Assembly: GCA_028699255.1 (NCBI GenBank) | Contig: JAQVUX010000006.1 | Coordinates: 25,928 to 89,927 of the forward strand | Direction of reading: 5' to 3' | Source: Candidatus Omnitrophota bacterium | GTDB taxonomy: Bacteria; Omnitrophota; Gorgyraeia; 2-01-FULL-45-10 | Length of the DNA: 64,000 nucleotides | Part shown: positions 63,536 through 64,000 of the stretch, piece after piece | How positions within the stretch are numbered: the first letter of the stretch is position 1 | How the letters are laid out: each line of letters opens with the position of its first letter | Translations under genes and position numbers: made by a program | The notes under the pieces: generated by a model | What the model was told of the DNA's origin: nothing | Databases searched by the model: none | What the model saw: the letters and a program-made list of their open reading frames with translations, nothing else

Positions 63536-63590
63536 TCAAACTTCAATTCAAACTTCAATTCCAAACTTCTAATTCAATTCCGGGGACACG
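63536..63590 (+). repeat. About 2.5 tandem copies of a 12-13 bp unit (AAACTTCAATTC)
   Basis: Immediately downstream of the KAP gene stop. Confidence 0.4.
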
Positions 63591-63750
63591 CAACTTAATT
63601 ATTAATCTCTTTATTATTGCTGTTATGATTTTTGTATGGCTTGCATAGCTCGTATTGTTGTTCCCGGCATCCCTCATCATGTTACTCAATGAATACAATG
63701 CATAATGGGGGACATCTCACACCGCACCTAATATTCCTACGTTTTCCCAG

Positions 63751-63779
63751 CCAGAATTTTTCGCCTTACTTAGACCGAG
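63751..63779 (+). repeat. Right copy of the 29-bp imperfect direct repeat, CCAGAATTTTTCGCCttaCTTAGACCGAG
   Basis: See 60036-60064. Confidence 0.5.
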
Positions 63780-63904
63780 ATGCTCTGCGATCACGGCCAC
63801 AAAAGATATTAGTGTTGCTCAGAGATATGTTCATTATGGCAAAGCCTACTTACAGAATAATATGAATAATATTGGGGAGCTGGATAGATATTCAAGTAAA
63901 AGGA

Positions 63905-63947
63905 ACGCCCCCCTTGACGATTAGCATACTTTAGAGTATACTACTTT
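63905..63947 (+). promoter_or_regulatory. Promoter TTGACG-N17-TATACT overlapped by two tandem 15-bp repeats (TACTTTAGAGTATAC x2) that contain the palindrome AGTATACT
   Basis: Seen directly, upstream of the ORF starting at 63978. Confidence 0.4.
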
Positions 63948-63977
63948 AGAGTATACTAATTGAAAGAGGTGGAAAAC

Positions 63978-64000
63978 ATGAAGTTTATCAATCGGGAAAT
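63978..64000 (+). CDS. Partial CDS (5' end only), MKFINRE...; possibly an ATPase
   Basis: RBS AGAGGTGG 6-13 nt upstream; only 7 codons visible. Confidence 0.3.

Noticed and set aside
63536-63590. CRISPR array check
   Set aside because: The only regular tandem repeats in the window have 12-15 bp units with no spacers, far shorter than CRISPR repeats. No cas genes were seen.
63632-63865. 77-aa plus-strand ORF covering the right direct repeat
   Set aside because: No RBS, a Ser/Cys/His-rich odd composition, and an overlap with the repeat and promoter elements.

Overview
This window appears to cover a bacterial chromosomal replication-origin region and the housekeeping and accessory DNA downstream of it. 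All calls come from reading the supplied six-frame translations and the nucleotide sequence by eye; no database search or RNA folding was run.

Gene content, in order:
- gyrA, gyrB, a DciA-like DUF721 gene, dnaN and dnaA on the minus strand. DnaA-box clusters sit on both sides of dnaA, and no recF is present.
- Diverging from dnaA on the plus strand: rpmH-rnpA-yidD-yidC-parA-parB.
- Then ndk-yicC-gmk-rpoZ-coaC/coaB and a small DUF1559 (prepilin-like, H-X9-DG) gene, which hints at a PVC-superphylum or Omnitrophota-like host.
- A tRNA-Cys/Val/Leu cluster, then thrS-infC-rpmI-rplT-pheS-pheT, rarA, and a PyrR-attenuated pyrR-pyrB-pyrC-(endonuclease Q-like PHP nuclease)-pyrK-pyrD-pyrF-pyrE operon, then tRNA-Val and cstA.

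Accessory part, from about 37 kb to the end:
- An AbrB-regulated MacAB-TolC-type efflux operon.
- An ~18 kb exopolysaccharide (EPS) locus. It contains a sugar transferase, several glycosyltransferases, a Wzy-like polymerase, a Wzc-like tyrosine kinase and a Wza with an internal tandem duplication. It also contains a B12-binding radical SAM gene, a radical SAM/SPASM-flippase fusion, and a phosphodiesterase plus P-loop kinase pair.
- tRNA-Asp.
- A roughly 3.7 kb segment flanked by imperfect 29-bp direct repeats that carries a single 1097-aa KAP-family P-loop NTPase gene, followed by a regulated gene that runs off the window.

The window also opens inside a large secreted B12-binding radical SAM-HAD fusion protein. 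No CRISPR array, integrase or transposase was seen.
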